The notes beneath the pieces are model-generated. The model ran no database searches. It was not told the origin of the DNA and saw only the letters and a list, made by a program, of their open reading frames with translations. DNA of 64,000 nt from Blastocladiella emersonii ATCC 22665 (Eukaryota > Fungi > Blastocladiomycota): contig JANHCV010000004.1 of assembly GCA_025594325.1 (NCBI GenBank), positions 2,418,001-2,482,000 on the forward strand. The letters run 5' to 3'. The position numbers and the translations under genes are program-made. Positions 10,601 to 22,615 of this stretch are shown piece by piece (positions within the stretch are counted from its first letter, which is position 1; the number at the start of each line of letters is the position of its first letter).

Positions 10601-13600
10601 CATGCCCTCGACGTCCTTGCCCGACATCTGCACGATGGCGAGCTTGGAGAAGGTCTGTACGCCGCCGATCTGGACGCCACGCACGGCCACGTCCGGGATC
10701 TTGCCCGTCGCGGGCGCGCCGCCCATGACCATGGCGGCCACGGCCGAGGCGGCGGCTGCGACCTGGTCCTTGGCCGCATTGTCGTCAGCAAAGTTGATGG
10801 TCGCCGAGAGCGGGACGGCCGACTGCTTGGTGATCTTGCCCGCGGACGCGAACGAGGCGATGCGCGCGCCGCTGAGATCCACGCCCGCGCTGACGGGGAC
10901 CGCGACCTCGATGGCCGTCGCGTCGAAGAAACCAGCGGGGACCGCGAACACGGTGCGCAGATCGACGCGCGGCGCCGTGTCCGACACGACGACCGAGGTG
11001 TCTCGGATCGGGAGCTTGGCAAGACGCGCCGCCGCATCGCCACCGGCCGCGTTGCCACCGGCCATGGCGGCGAGCGACGCGACCGGGAGCGTGATGGCGG
11101 CCTGCTCGAAGGTGCGGATCCCGCCGACGCGGAGCCCCGTCGCCGAGACCGACGCCGAGGCAAAGTTGACGCCCGCGACGCGGTCCTGGACGCCGGTGCT
11201 CGAGTCGAAGGCGAGCACGACGGCGGGCTTGAGCGTGCCCGCGCCCTGCGCCGTGAAGGCCGGGACCGTGGTGCGGATCTGCATCACGTTGATATCGTTG
11301 AGCATGCCGTTGATTGCGATCGGCGGCACCTGCACCGCGACGGGGACCGGCAGCGGGAGCTGCGGGACGCCGACGGTCGCGTCGGCGAGGATCTCGGAGC
11401 GGTCGGCGGGCGCCGTCACCTTGACGTCCTTGAGCAGCGCCGCGATCGACGCCGCACCCTGACCGTCGCCGCTCGCGCGGGCCGCGCCGACCATGGCGAC
11501 GAGGTCCTGGCGCGACACGGAGAAGGGCGCGATCCGCGAGAACGTCTTGGCGCCCGCGACCTGCACGCTGCGGACCTCGATGCGGTCGGCCGACTTGTCG
11601 TCGCGCACGAACGCCGCAACACGAGCCTTGGCCTCCTGCGAGTCGGCGAACGTGGTGACGATCGAGACACGCGGCGCGGCCTGCGTCACGGGCGCGGCCG
11701 ACATGGCGACCTGCGCGAGCCGCGTGGTGCCGAGCATCGCGTCGACGCTGAACGGCACGTTCACCGAGAACGGGACCGCCGCAAATTGCTCGCCGAGCGC
11801 GACCGTCGCCTCGAGCACGGCCTCGGGGCGGGTCTCGGAAACCTTGAGGCTGACGTCGCGGACGGGCAGCGACGACGGCGGGGTACCGCCACCCTCGGCC
11901 CGCGGCGGAGCCGCAGGGGTGCGCTGGCGAGCGGCAGCGGCGAGCGACTGGACCGAGGGCAGGTCCATGTCGAAACGCACGGCCGAGAAGGTACGGATCC
12001 CGCCGACCGTGAGCCCAGACACCCCGACGGGGATCGGCTGCGCGGCCGTGATCTGCGCGAGCTTGGCCTGCGTCGCCTCGGACTCGTTGAGCTCAATGTC
12101 CACGCCGGGCGAGAACGCCGCGTCGGGAGCGATGGTACCAGGCGGCACGCGGATGCCGGCGACAGCCGCGCCGTTGGCCGACGCGTTGAGCGAGATGGCC
12201 GGGTACGACAGCGCGGCGAGGAGCGGGACCTTGGGCACCTGCACGGTCGCGTTGGCCGAGAGCACGGCTGCCCGCGGCGAAGAGACGGACGCCGACTTGA
12301 CCTGTGCGAGGAGCGCGGCCAGGCGTTCCGCCATCGGCGGGGCCGCGGCGTCGGCCTGCGCCGCCTGGTTCTGCAGCGTCTGCAGGACCTTGACGATGTC
12401 GGCGCGGGACACCTCGGCGAACGGGATCTGCGCGAACAGCGTCATCTCGCCGACCTTGAGCCCCGTGAGCACGAGCCGGTCGTTGGCGTTGGCGCCCGCG
12501 ACGAAGGAGGCGAGGCGATCCTGCGTCGCCTGCGAGTTGCTGAGCGTCGTGACGATGGCGAGCGGGACGGCCTCGGCCTTCTTAAGCGTCGAGTTGAACG
12601 TGACGGTCAGGAGCTCGGCGTCCGTGACACCGCCGCGGCGGACGAGCGCCGACACGGTGACGGGGATGTCGATGGCAAAGTCGCGCAGCAGCTCGGCCGG
12701 CGGGGTTGCTGTCAGGTCGACGCGCGCCTCGGGCTGCGCCGGCGCAACCGACAGCTTGACGTCGCGGACGAGCGTCTGCGCAAACTCGAGCATCTGGCCG
12801 GGCGACGGCGCCGCGGTGCTGGCCTCGGCGCGCGCGCGGTCGACGGCGGCGCGAATGGACTCGAGGTTGAACTCGATGGGGATCGGGATGACGAGGTCCT
12901 GATCGAAGGCGGCGCCGCCGAGCACGAGCTCGCGCACCGAGATGTCGAGCGCGCGCTCGCCCTTGAGCGCCGCCGCGAGCTGGGCCGCGGACTCGGGCAC
13001 CATGGACGGCGTGACCGTGACGTCGACGCCGACGGCGGGGCGGAGCGCAATGTTGCCGGCCTCGATCCGGAAGAGCGACGCCGAGCCCGAGAAGATAGAG
13101 AAGGCGACGCTGGTCTTGGACATGTCGAGGTCAAAGGGCAGCTTCGGGAGGTCGACCTGCGCCTTGGTGCCGATGGCGATCTTGGACCCGCGGCCGTCGA
13201 CCGTGACGCTGACGACCGACAGGAGCTTGGTCAGCGTGACCATGCCGTTGTCGCCGGCGCCGGGCATGGGCAGCTGGCTGAGCGGGATCGCGATGGTGAG
13301 CCCGTCGGTGAGCGCCTTGAACCACTCGGCGGGCGCGACGGCACCCTCGCGCGAGCGGCCGGCGAGATCGAACGGGCCGCGCACGACCACGTTGGGCAGG
13401 CGGCGCTCGGTGGCCGTTACGCGCGCAATGTTGATGAGGTCGGGCAGCTTGAGCGAGGTGCTGGCGCGGATCTCGGGCGCGAGCGACGACTTGCCGGGCT
13501 TCACGTCGAGCGCGCTGAGCGAGACCTGCGCGAGATCGAGCGTCTCGAGCTGCAGCGAGAAGGCAAAGCGCGCGATCAGGAGCTCGAATGGCGTCTGGTT

Positions 13601-14675
13601 GTCGAGGTCGATGCCTGTCGCAAGCGTAGGTGTCAGATCAGGTTGCCACGCACGAGCAGGCAGATCACGTACCCGGGCTGAGGATGAGGGTAGTGCCCTG
13701 AACGTTGAACCCGAACTTGGTGATGGCGAACTTGACCTTGTCGAGGAGCGACGGCTGCGGCGGCGCGTTGGGCGCCGGCGTCAGAGCTACGTCGTGGGTC
13801 GAGATCAGTCGTCCGATCACAACGGCGGAACTCGCGCGTCCGAACGACGTACCCTTCTGGATCGTCTTGAAGTTGAGCCCTTCTGCGGGCACTCGGATGT
13901 CGAGGTCGATCGACTTCATGGGCACGCCGAACACGGCGTACTGGAGCGTCGAGCGGACCGCGAACCGGCCGGTACCGGCCGTGAGGCCCTCGTCGGTGAC
14001 GAACTCGCGCACGAGCTGGCCGATGCGCTCGACGTCGAGGAAGCGGATCGTGTCGTCCAGGTTGAACTCGATGGGCGCGCCCGAGGACAGCTTGAGCTCG
14101 GGGATGCGGATGTCGATGGCGGGCTTCTCGCCGCCGTCGAGCGCGACGGCCCACGTCCCGGGCTCCACCCGCACCGAGACGGGTACGGGGAAGTCGGACG
14201 TGGTGATGGCGGCCTTGATCTGCACCGTGACGCCGGGCGCGGTGCCGACCGCGACGCGGAACGTGTCGACGTTGACCTTGACGCGGTCCGGGTCGGACTG
14301 CCGCGCCTCCTGCGCCTTCTTGAGCAAGTCGGGGTCCTCGAGCCGCGCCTTGACGAGCTTGGGGATGAGGACAAAGTAGGCGATCAACGCAAAGACGAGC
14401 GACAGGACAAAGAAGACTGCGCAGGCCGACAGGCAGATGCACCTGCGCGATCGCGTGAGCGGTTGCTGCACTGGGACCTGGCCGTTCTCGGCGGCGACGT
14501 CCGAGTTGCGGCGCTTCTTCTTCTTGCTACCGTCGGCTGCGGCCGTGAGCGAGTCGCGGCTGCCGTTCGAGTAGATGGATAGGTGGGAGTCCATGCCCTC
14601 GCTCGCGCTCTCGGCGCTGACGCGGGTCGGGCGGAGGGGCGAGCCGGGGAGGATGCGTGGTGTTGGCGTCGACAT
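7628..14675 (-). CDS. Giant (2,329 aa) single-pass membrane protein with tandem beta-rich modules; Tag1/DUF3712/LEA_2-like (inferred); intron 13672-13615
   Basis: Exons 14675-13673 and 13614-7628 join in frame (6,990 nt). N-terminal disordered tail, TM segment CICLSACAVFFVLSLVFALIAYFVLIP, then a recurring motif G[LV]x[VI]GG[IV]xTF. Confidence 0.8.
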
Positions 14676-15433
14676 GTTGTTGATGGTGGTGGTGCGATGA
14701 CGCTCGGGTTGGGAGGACGAGGGGGTATGTGGCACGAAGAGCGGGCAGAATCGTTGACGGCCTGCGTAACGATAATGCGGTGAGGATGGGGCAGTGCGAC
14801 CAGCGCGGATGCCGTCTACGAGTTGATTGCGGGGTGTGCCGTCGAGACCGAGTCCTGCGTTGTTGGGAGCGAAAAGGGATGCCAGGCAGGGATCGAGGGG
14901 AGCCCCGACCCTTCGTATACACCGAGGGGCCGCAGCCCAAGGTTGCGTCAGAGAGCCATATGGCGGCCGTGGCTGTTCAAGGAGATCGTAGTCAAGCCCC
15001 GGGGATGGCGAGGGCTGTGGCTGAGCTGGGCCACATTTGTTCCGCGGTCTTTGACGTCACGCCAAACCTAGCGATGTGTAAACGACGCGAACCTGCTAGA
15101 TCCTGCGCCGAGGGGAGGAATGTTGCGCGTGGCGCCGTTAGTGGTCAACTTCGGGTAGTCGTCGTGATGGGGGCTGTGATCCGCGACGCGACGCGACGCG
15201 CCGTGATGAAACCGCTGATCTGACTTTCACCGTCGCGACGAGCGATTCGCCTTCTCAACCTCGCCACATATATCATATCTTAGTCTGTCGGCGCCGAGTC
15301 GCCTGCGCTCGGAGTATACTAGGCAGCGGCACCTGATCCACGCTCCCCGCAATGGCGCAGCCACGCACGTCATCGCAAGCAAGGCCAGGGACGTTCGATG
15401 AGCATCGCGTGTATCATGGAAGCGCGTGGCGCG

Positions 15434-17925
15434 CTAAGCGTTCATGAACAGGCCGTCGAGCATGCGCTCGACCTGGGTGACGTCAAACTTGATGTACTTT
15501 TCCTTGTGCTTGCTGAAGTCGGACGTCTGGTACCTGCGCGCGCGTGAGGAACAGTCAGTGAACGTCGTTCCGCGAGGAGAGAGTGAGGATGGCGAGCACG
15601 TACTTGTTGACGAACCGCTCGTACATGGGCACGACAAAATTCTTCGCGTCCTTGATCAGCACCGCGCGGAGCTCGGGGTCGGGGACGGCGCAGACGCGGA
15701 GGCTCTTGACGATGTCCTCAATCGAGGTGTTGAACTTGGAGAACTTGTCCTTGACACCCGTGCGCTCGGACGACGACATGTCGCGTCGGATCGCGCCGCC
15801 CTGGATCACGGTCACGTCCATGAGCTGCTCGAGCAGCGGCTTGAACTGGTCCTGCAGCGCGTCGCGGTGCCGCTTGACGGTGCGCTCGTACTTGGACACG
15901 GCGTCGGCGCCGAGCAGCGCGGCGAGCTTCTCGGAGCGGACGCCCTTGAGGATGTAGTGGCTGTTGTTGACCTGGAAGATGATGGACAGCGCCGGCTTCT
16001 TGTACAGCTTGGCCTTGGCGTCCAGGCTCGACTCGAGGAGACCGAGGACCATGGCTAGCGATTACGAACGCGTCAGCGAGGTGGGTGGGAGCTGGTGACG
16101 AGCAGGAAAGCGTACTGAAGTACTTGCGCGTGAGCACGCCCGAAGACTTGACGTACTTGATGTTCCCGACCTTGATGTTGGTCGAGCCCCAGTCGGGCTC
16201 GCCGATTGAGAGCAGGATCGACTCGGTCGAGTCGGGGTACTCGAGCAGCTTCTTCATGAGCGAGATGGCCTACACGCGACGGAGCTGGTGAGGGGCAGGA
16301 TCCGGATGAAGATGGAAACGTCAGGGCGTACATTGCTTGTCACCTCGTGGACCGTGCCGTCCGGCGGAAGCTGGCCCTTGCCCGATTGCTACGCGAGTTG
16401 AAGAGTCAGCAGCTGGCCCGCTCCGAAACGGCGGCCGGGGTTGCGTACCTTGACCTCGTCCAAAAAGTCGGGCACGATGCGCAGCGCAGCCTTGGTCCAC
16501 GAGTCGAACAGGGCCTCGATGGCACCGCCCTTCTCGACTAGCATCTACAAGCGTAGTCGCAGTGTGAGAAACCACTCGACCATCGCGCAACCCAGCGACA
16601 CGTACATCGAACACGGCCCCGAGCTCGTCACGCTTCGCGCTCCAAAACTCGAGCACGTCGAACAGGACAAACACGTGGCTCGTGTCGGACCGGCCGTTGG
16701 ACCGTGTCATCTGCGCGAGCAGGGACTCGCCGGCCGCGAGGAACGCCGAGACGGCGGGCCCGGCAGCGGCGTCGAGGACTTCGGACCGCTTGCGCGGGTG
16801 GAAGAACATGGCCTCGACGAGGGCGCGCTCCACTCCCAGGAACCGCGCGAGCCATTGCGTGCGCTGGACGAAGATGGCGGACGCCTTGGTCTCGATGCGC
16901 GACCGCGACTCGCCGCTCGCGGACGCCGGCGGCGCGAGCGACCGCTGCATGTACGACCCGCGGACCGCCGTGTACACGTGCGCGTAGTCGGCCATGTCGC
17001 TGTTCGGGTCCGCGGCGGCGGCGGCAGGTGTGGCGGGCGCGGCGCCCGACGCGGCCGTGTTTGCGAGCCAGGTCGCGAGCTCGCTGATCCGCTTGACGTC
17101 CGCGGGCGGTGGCGTCGGCGCCTCGGTGCGGCCGGACCGGATGAGCTCCATGAAGTCGAGCGGCGAGCTGATGGCGATGAGCCACTTCTTGAACAGGTTG
17201 ACGAGCTGCATGATGCCCGCGTTTTGTTGTTGGCGCTATGGGGACGGGCATGAGCGTAGTGCGGGCGAGGAGACCGTGCGGTTGCAAGCGTACCAGCTTG
17301 TAGATAGCCTTTTCGCCGCTGGCGAAGCGCGACTCGGTGAGGAACTTGAGTGCGTTGGTGATGCGGTCGAGCGACTCGAGGTACGGCAGGAGGTTGGACT
17401 CGTCGGGGCTACACCGTAGAGGACCACGTCAGCCGGCGGCAGCTTTGTAGAGGTCAGGCAACGCACTCCTTGGCAATGGTTTCGCGCTCTTGCTCGGCGA
17501 GGTCGTAGTACTGGATCACGCGGTTCGCCGCCGAGAGCGTCTGGTCAATGTCTATACGGGCGTCAGCTCGCGGACACGGAAACGAGCGCGCGAGGCAGCG
17601 TACTCTCATAGTACTGGTTCAACCGTTGTGTCGAGCGGTGGATTGGGAGCATCGACTTTTCAAAGCTCTTGAGCCGGTCGTCGAACGACGTGAGCATGTC
17701 GATCTACCGGCGCGCACCGCCACTCGTCAGCACACAGCCTCGGGCGACTCATGCCAAACGGTGCAGCACCATCTGGGTCGAGATCTGGAGCGACCGGGCG
17801 AGCGTGTCCTCGAGCACCTCGACGTCGGCCATGTCCTCCATGAGCTTGCGCTCGTTCTCGCGGCGGCGCTCCATGGCAGCCTCGTTGCGCCCGCGCGGTG
17901 GCGCGACGGGGGCGACAGTGGACAT
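15434..17925 (-). CDS. EXO70: Exocyst subunit Exo70, multi-exon
   Basis: N-terminal MLTSFDDRLKSFEKSMLPIH..TQRL; C-terminal IFQVNNSHYI, VKDKFSKFN, AVPDPELRAVL..VVPMYERF and KYIKFD. Confidence 0.93.
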
Positions 17926-18050
17926 TTGGGTGCAGCAAGTTGTATTGTGCCCCGAGGGCTGTATTACATGGGAATGCGTTGAGTGGCTGGGAGAAGAGAA
18001 TCGGAGCGCGCGACACGCGACATGAGCGGCGCGTCGCCACCCGGACCGCT

Positions 18051-19442
18051 CTACTCACGCACAATCACATCGTTGCCGCTCGCCGTGGACTCCCAGTCGA
18101 CCCGCTTGGCGATCTGGATGCCCTTCCACCGCGGCGCCCAGCCGGCCTTGGCGCCCCGGGCGACGATCTCGCCGTCGTCAAACACGGCCACCTCAACGCG
18201 CTGCTGCTCACCACCGTCATCCTTGGCGCCGACCACATCATTCACAAACCGCGCAATCCGCTCAACCGCGCGCGCCGCGTCGCGCGTCCTGGCCTCGAGG
18301 AACGGGAACACGTGGACGCGGTACCGGTGGATGTCGTGCACCACAGCCCTCGGTCGGCCAGGGATCCGGGTGAGCAGCGCGGCGTACAGGACGTTCGAGT
18401 CGGCGAGCATCTCGGCCATCCCGGTCGAGATGTAGACGGGCGGAAGCTGGCGGTCGCTGCTCCCCACATCGACGATCGGGGACGCGAGGTGCTCGGTGCG
18501 CGCGATCGCGACACGGTCAGCGTTAGTGCGGTGTAGGCCGAGGTAGACGGCGGGCGCGTTGAAGCACACTTCGCCCGCAGCCGCGCGCGAAAAGTCGCCG
18601 AGAATGTCGAGGTGCGCATTTTCGGTCTCGCTCGGCGACAGGCGCGAGTGGTCGAGGTCGAGCAGCGGCGACACGAGCGCGACGCCGCCGGGCATCGCGA
18701 GGCCGTGGTCGCGGAGGAACAGCGTTGCGGTCATGGCGAGCGCGCCGCCCGCGCTGTCGCCCGCAATCACAATCGCGTGCGGCGCGATCCCCTCGACGCG
18801 CGTCAGGTACAGGAACGCGGCGACCGCGTCGTGCAGCGCCGCGGGGAACACGTGCTCGGGCGCGAGGCGGTACTCGAGCGAGAAGACAGGGCGGCCGGTC
18901 ACGGCGACGAGCCGCGCGACGTTTCCGCGCGCACGCGCCACGCTGCCGAGCGCGTACGCGCCGCCGTGGATCCACAGGATGACGCGGTCGGACGACGCGG
19001 GCGACGGCGCGGGGCCTGAAGAGGCCGGGTGCATCCACTCGCCAGCGAGCTCCCACGCGAGCGGGGACGACGGCGGGGCGTACTTGGCCTGGAGCGGCGA
19101 CTCGAGGTGGACGACAGGCAGCCCGTCGGTGGACTCGGCGGAGAGTGACGAGGTGAGGTCGACGATCCAGCGCTTGGTGGCGACCGTGACATCGGGCAGG
19201 TCGGCGGGGTCGACGCGGTACGACTCGAGGCCGCGGGCGTGCTGGGCCGTGAGGCCGCGGGTCAGGTAGGTGGCACGGATGAAGCGGATCATAATCTCGG
19301 TCGCGCGGGTGCGGTGCGGAACACTGGGACAGAGCAGCGTGCTGAGCAGCCAGGCGAGGGCGAGGCGGGCGCGGCGGCGGAAGCGCATGCCGAGCGGCAG
19401 CGGCGCGGTGGGAGACGATGCAAGCGGGGCGACTTCGAGCAT
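18051..19442 (-). CDS. Alpha/beta hydrolase fold-3 (HSL-family esterase/lipase), 463 aa
   Basis: HGGAY oxyanion motif, EYRLAPEHVFPAALHD and GDSAGG nucleophile elbow. Confidence 0.93.
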   Translation of the reverse strand: MLEVAPLASSPTAPLPLGMRFRRRARLALAWLLSTLLCPSVPHRTRATEIMIRFIRATYLTRGLTAQHARGLESYRVDPADLPDVTVATKRWIVDLTSSLSAESTDGLPVVHLESPLQAKYAPPSSPLAWELAGEWMHPASSGPAPSPASSDRVILWIHGGAYALGSVARARGNVARLVAVTGRPVFSLEYRLAPEHVFPAALHDAVAAFLYLTRVEGIAPHAIVIAGDSAGGALAMTATLFLRDHGLAMPGGVALVSPLLDLDHSRLSPSETENAHLDILGDFSRAAAGEVCFNAPAVYLGLHRTNADRVAIARTEHLASPIVDVGSSDRQLPPVYISTGMAEMLADSNVLYAALLTRIPGRPRAVVHDIHRYRVHVFPFLEARTRDAARAVERIARFVNDVVGAKDDGGEQQRVEVAVFDDGEIVARGAKAGWAPRWKGIQIAKRVDWESTASGNDVIVRE

Positions 19443-19677
19443 GGTTAGCGCAGCGGTTAGTGGAGAAGAAGAGAAGGTGGCGAGGTCGGCGGGTCGACTT
19501 GTAGGAAGGCGAGCCACAGGGCGGCGGGTGCGGAATCGAGGGTGGCTCAGCGGGCGGTTCCGCACAGGGCGTTCCGGGTACCCGTGCGCGAGGCGCTGCG
19601 ACGCGACGTGATGCGAAGACAGATGGGCGAGGCATTTATGTACAGTGACGGGAATCTATGGGTGGTGCGATGGACAG

Positions 19678-20194
19678 CTAGTAGTTGAAGACGCCAAAGG
19701 CGACGGCAACACAAAAGAGCGAGTCCTGCACACAGGAAGGGTGGTCAGACACGTTGACGAGAAGAAAAGAGAGAGTACGCACGTTGGTGAAGGTATCCTG
19801 GGCGAGATTGTCCGTGTCGGGGTCCCAGAAGCAGCGGCAGTTCATGCGAGCGCCCTCGCCGTGCATCTCGCCAATGACGACCTGGACCATGTACTTGTAG
19901 CGGTCGAGGGCGAGGTTCTTGAGGCGGGCGCGGATCGTGTCGGCAATGTCGCGGGTCCAGGCCGAGCACTCGTCGGCCGAGTAGGCCTTGCCGGACAGCT
20001 GCTCGACGAGGACCTGGCGGATGATGGCCTGGACGACGGACGGCTTGAACCTGGTGGGGCTGTGAGTGGCGGTGGTGGCGCGAGATGCGAGAGGGGCGGA
20101 CGCACTTGTCCTTGTAGTTGGGGCGGATGAGGATGGCGTCCTCCTCGCGGTGGTGCGAGGACGCAACGGACGCGGCGCCGTCGAGAGCGTTCAT
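19678..20194 (-). CDS. Tctex-1 family dynein light chain, TCTEX1D2/DYNLT2B-like; introns 20105-20051 and 19782-19726
   Basis: Spliced product: IRPNYKDKFKPSVV..L..QLSGKAY..IADTIRARLK.L..DRYKYMVQVVIGE..GEGARM.CRCFWD..TDN.AQD.F.NDSLFCVAVAFGVF.Y. Confidence 0.93.
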
Positions 20195-20686
20195 GGTTGT
20201 CGGTGCGTTGCAGCGAGTGCGAGGGCGTCGTCGTCGATCGGAGAGGGAGGGGAGGGGAGGGCGAGGAGGTCAAACGGGCGCGCGAGGGACGGGTTCGCGC
20301 AGAGAAAAAGTGTGGCGCAGGGGCTCGACGCGCGCGGCCGTGAGCGCACGTGCGCCACCCCCTTCCCGAAGCGGCAGGGACCGACGCGCCTCGCGTCCGC
20401 ACCGTCGCTGCTGCCGACCTCGGTCCCGCTGCGGTGGGCGTGGGCGTGCGTGGCTCGGCTCCGTGCAACGGCGTTCTGCGGAGAAGCTGGCGGCTGCGCG
20501 TGCGGGATCGCGGCTCTCCATCGCGCTCCTCCTCCTCCTCGCGCACGACCCGACCGCGCCGCCGCAGATCGCGCCCGCGCACACGCTCTCCGGGCGCAAC
20601 CTAACCTTGTCAGCGACCATCGCCGCCATCCTCGACGGGATAGGCAAGCGGGAGACTGAGAGCGGAGAGCGCAAACAACAAGAAGG

Positions 20687-22558
20687 ATGAGCAGCAGCAG
20701 CGGTCCCGCGACAACGGCTCCACCCGCCGCCCCCTCGCCGTCGCTGCCCTCCTCCCCTCCAGCCTCGGGCGCTGGCGCAAGTGCGAGTGCCGGATCGACT
20801 GCCAGCGGCAGCCCACCAACCTCGTCCACCGCGGCTCCGCCCCCCTCCGCGACCGCCATGTCCTCAACTTCTCCACGACCCGCGACCCCGACCTCGTCCT
20901 CGCCGGCCCCGGGCTCGTCCCCTGCATCTACACCGCCTGCAACCATGTCATCGACTTCTGATAGACCCTCCACGCCGACGTCCGCGTCGTCGCCGGCGCC
21001 CTCGTCGTCTGCTTCCTCGTCGGCGGCCCCCTCCCCGACTCCGAGCCCTTCACCGACTTCTTCCTCGGCGCCACCCGTCACTTCCACCCCGCCGCCGCCC
21101 GTCACCTCCAGCAACACCAATCCGCAGCCAACCCCGCAGCCGCAGCCGCAGCCCCAACCGCAGCCCGATCCGCCCGTGCAGCCCGCCGTGACGTCGACCA
21201 CGACCGTGGTGCAGGTGCAGCAGACGATCGTGACCATGACGCTGGTCCAGACCACCGTCGGCAACACGGTGACGACCACGGTGCTCGGCATCGACAACCG
21301 CGGGTCGCTGGTCCAGCTGCCGACCGCGGGCGTCGCCGACGGCACCTCGGCCACCGCCTCGACGGGCTCCTCCTCGCAGTCGTCGGCCGCGTCGACCGTG
21401 CTCCTGCTCGCCGTCCTGCTCCCGATCGCCGCCGTCGTCCTGATCGCCGGCACCGTCTTCTTCGTGCGCCGCCGGCGCAACCGCCGCCCCGTCGCCCACG
21501 TCCGCCTCGACGGCGCCGTCCCGCCGAGCCACGGACTCGGGCTCGGCCGCACCGTCGCGCGCCTGCGCGGGACCAACCCGGCTCCGGGCAGCAGCGGTAA
21601 CGGCACGGGCGGGCGCCAGGCGCCGCAGCCGCAGCAGCAGCAGCAGCAGAACAACGCAATCTTGCTGTCGACCATGGCGGCCAGCGGCGTGCACGACCGC
21701 GCGGCCGCGACCGCGTCGCCGTCGGCCCACCCGCCGCCGCCGAGCCAGTGGGGCACCGGCCCGCACACTACCGGCCCGCACACTACCGGCCCGTATCAGC
21801 ATCACCAGCAGCAGCAAGTCCGCGGCAACAACGGATACCCCGACCCGATGACCGGCGGCTACGGCCCCGACTACGGCATGTCGCCCTTTGCCAACCCGAA
21901 CGGCAGCAACCCCGCGGTGCACCCGGCCGACTACCCGCCGCCGCACCACCACCTGTATACCCGCGGCGGCGGCGCGACGGACCCCGTCAAGTACGCGCTC
22001 TCCGACCCGCCGCCGCCCGTGACATCGTCGTCGGCGCCCGCGCCCATCGGGTACGCGTACCCGGGCCGGCTCACGGTCGAGGAGGTGCACCGCCCGCTCA
22101 TGTCGTCGACGACTGCCGGCGGTTACGACGCGAGCGGCCGCGCGCAGCCGCAGCCGACGCCGCACATGTACATCCCCCCGCCGCCAGCCTCGTCCCCGCT
22201 TCCGCCCGCCAACACCAACCGGGGCGGTGGCGCGGTGGCCGCCGCGACGCCGCCGCCGCTGCAGCCGTTCGTGTCGCACTCGCACTCGCACTCGCAGCAG
22301 CCGTCGCTCGGGTTCGATGAAGACGAGTACGAGGACAACGGCGTCGAGTTCGACTCGGGGTCGGGCCCGCGGTTCGCGCGCGCGCCGGCGCCGCCGCTGC
22401 TGTCGCCGACGCCCATGAGCGCCGAGTTCCCGCGGATCCTCGACCCGAGCGGCGACCGCGTGCGCCGCGTCAGCAGCACGCTGAGCGCCGGCGCGGGTGG
22501 TGCGGATGCGAGCGACCATCACAGTTTCGATGACGGGGTGCAGTTCTCGCACCGGTAG
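20687..22558 (+). CDS. Ser/Thr/Pro-rich single-pass membrane protein (Mid2/Skg6-like mucin architecture)
   Basis: About 240-aa S/T/P-rich ectodomain, TM VLLLAVLLPIAAVVLIAGTVFFV followed by RRRRNRR, and a Pro/Tyr-rich cytoplasmic tail. Confidence 0.75.
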   Translation: MSSSSGPATTAPPAAPSPSLPSSPPASGAGASASAGSTASGSPPTSSTAAPPPSATAMSSTSPRPATPTSSSPAPGSSPASTPPATMSSTSDRPSTPTSASSPAPSSSASSSAAPSPTPSPSPTSSSAPPVTSTPPPPVTSSNTNPQPTPQPQPQPQPQPDPPVQPAVTSTTTVVQVQQTIVTMTLVQTTVGNTVTTTVLGIDNRGSLVQLPTAGVADGTSATASTGSSSQSSAASTVLLLAVLLPIAAVVLIAGTVFFVRRRRNRRPVAHVRLDGAVPPSHGLGLGRTVARLRGTNPAPGSSGNGTGGRQAPQPQQQQQQNNAILLSTMAASGVHDRAAATASPSAHPPPPSQWGTGPHTTGPHTTGPYQHHQQQQVRGNNGYPDPMTGGYGPDYGMSPFANPNGSNPAVHPADYPPPHHHLYTRGGGATDPVKYALSDPPPPVTSSSAPAPIGYAYPGRLTVEEVHRPLMSSTTAGGYDASGRAQPQPTPHMYIPPPPASSPLPPANTNRGGGAVAAATPPPLQPFVSHSHSHSQQPSLGFDEDEYEDNGVEFDSGSGPRFARAPAPPLLSPTPMSAEFPRILDPSGDRVRRVSSTLSAGAGGADASDHHSFDDGVQFSHR

Positions 22559-22615
22559 ATTCGATGTTGCATACCCTCTCCCACTTTTTGCGTGCCTTGC
22601 TCACCATGTTGCTGT

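Noticed and set aside
8637-14582. Long + strand ORFs (941, 469, 631 and 546 aa) opposite the giant repeat protein
   Set aside because: Antisense shadows caused by extreme GC3 bias; no motifs. The same applies to the long antisense ORFs over the P450, Sec2, SRP68 and lipase genes.
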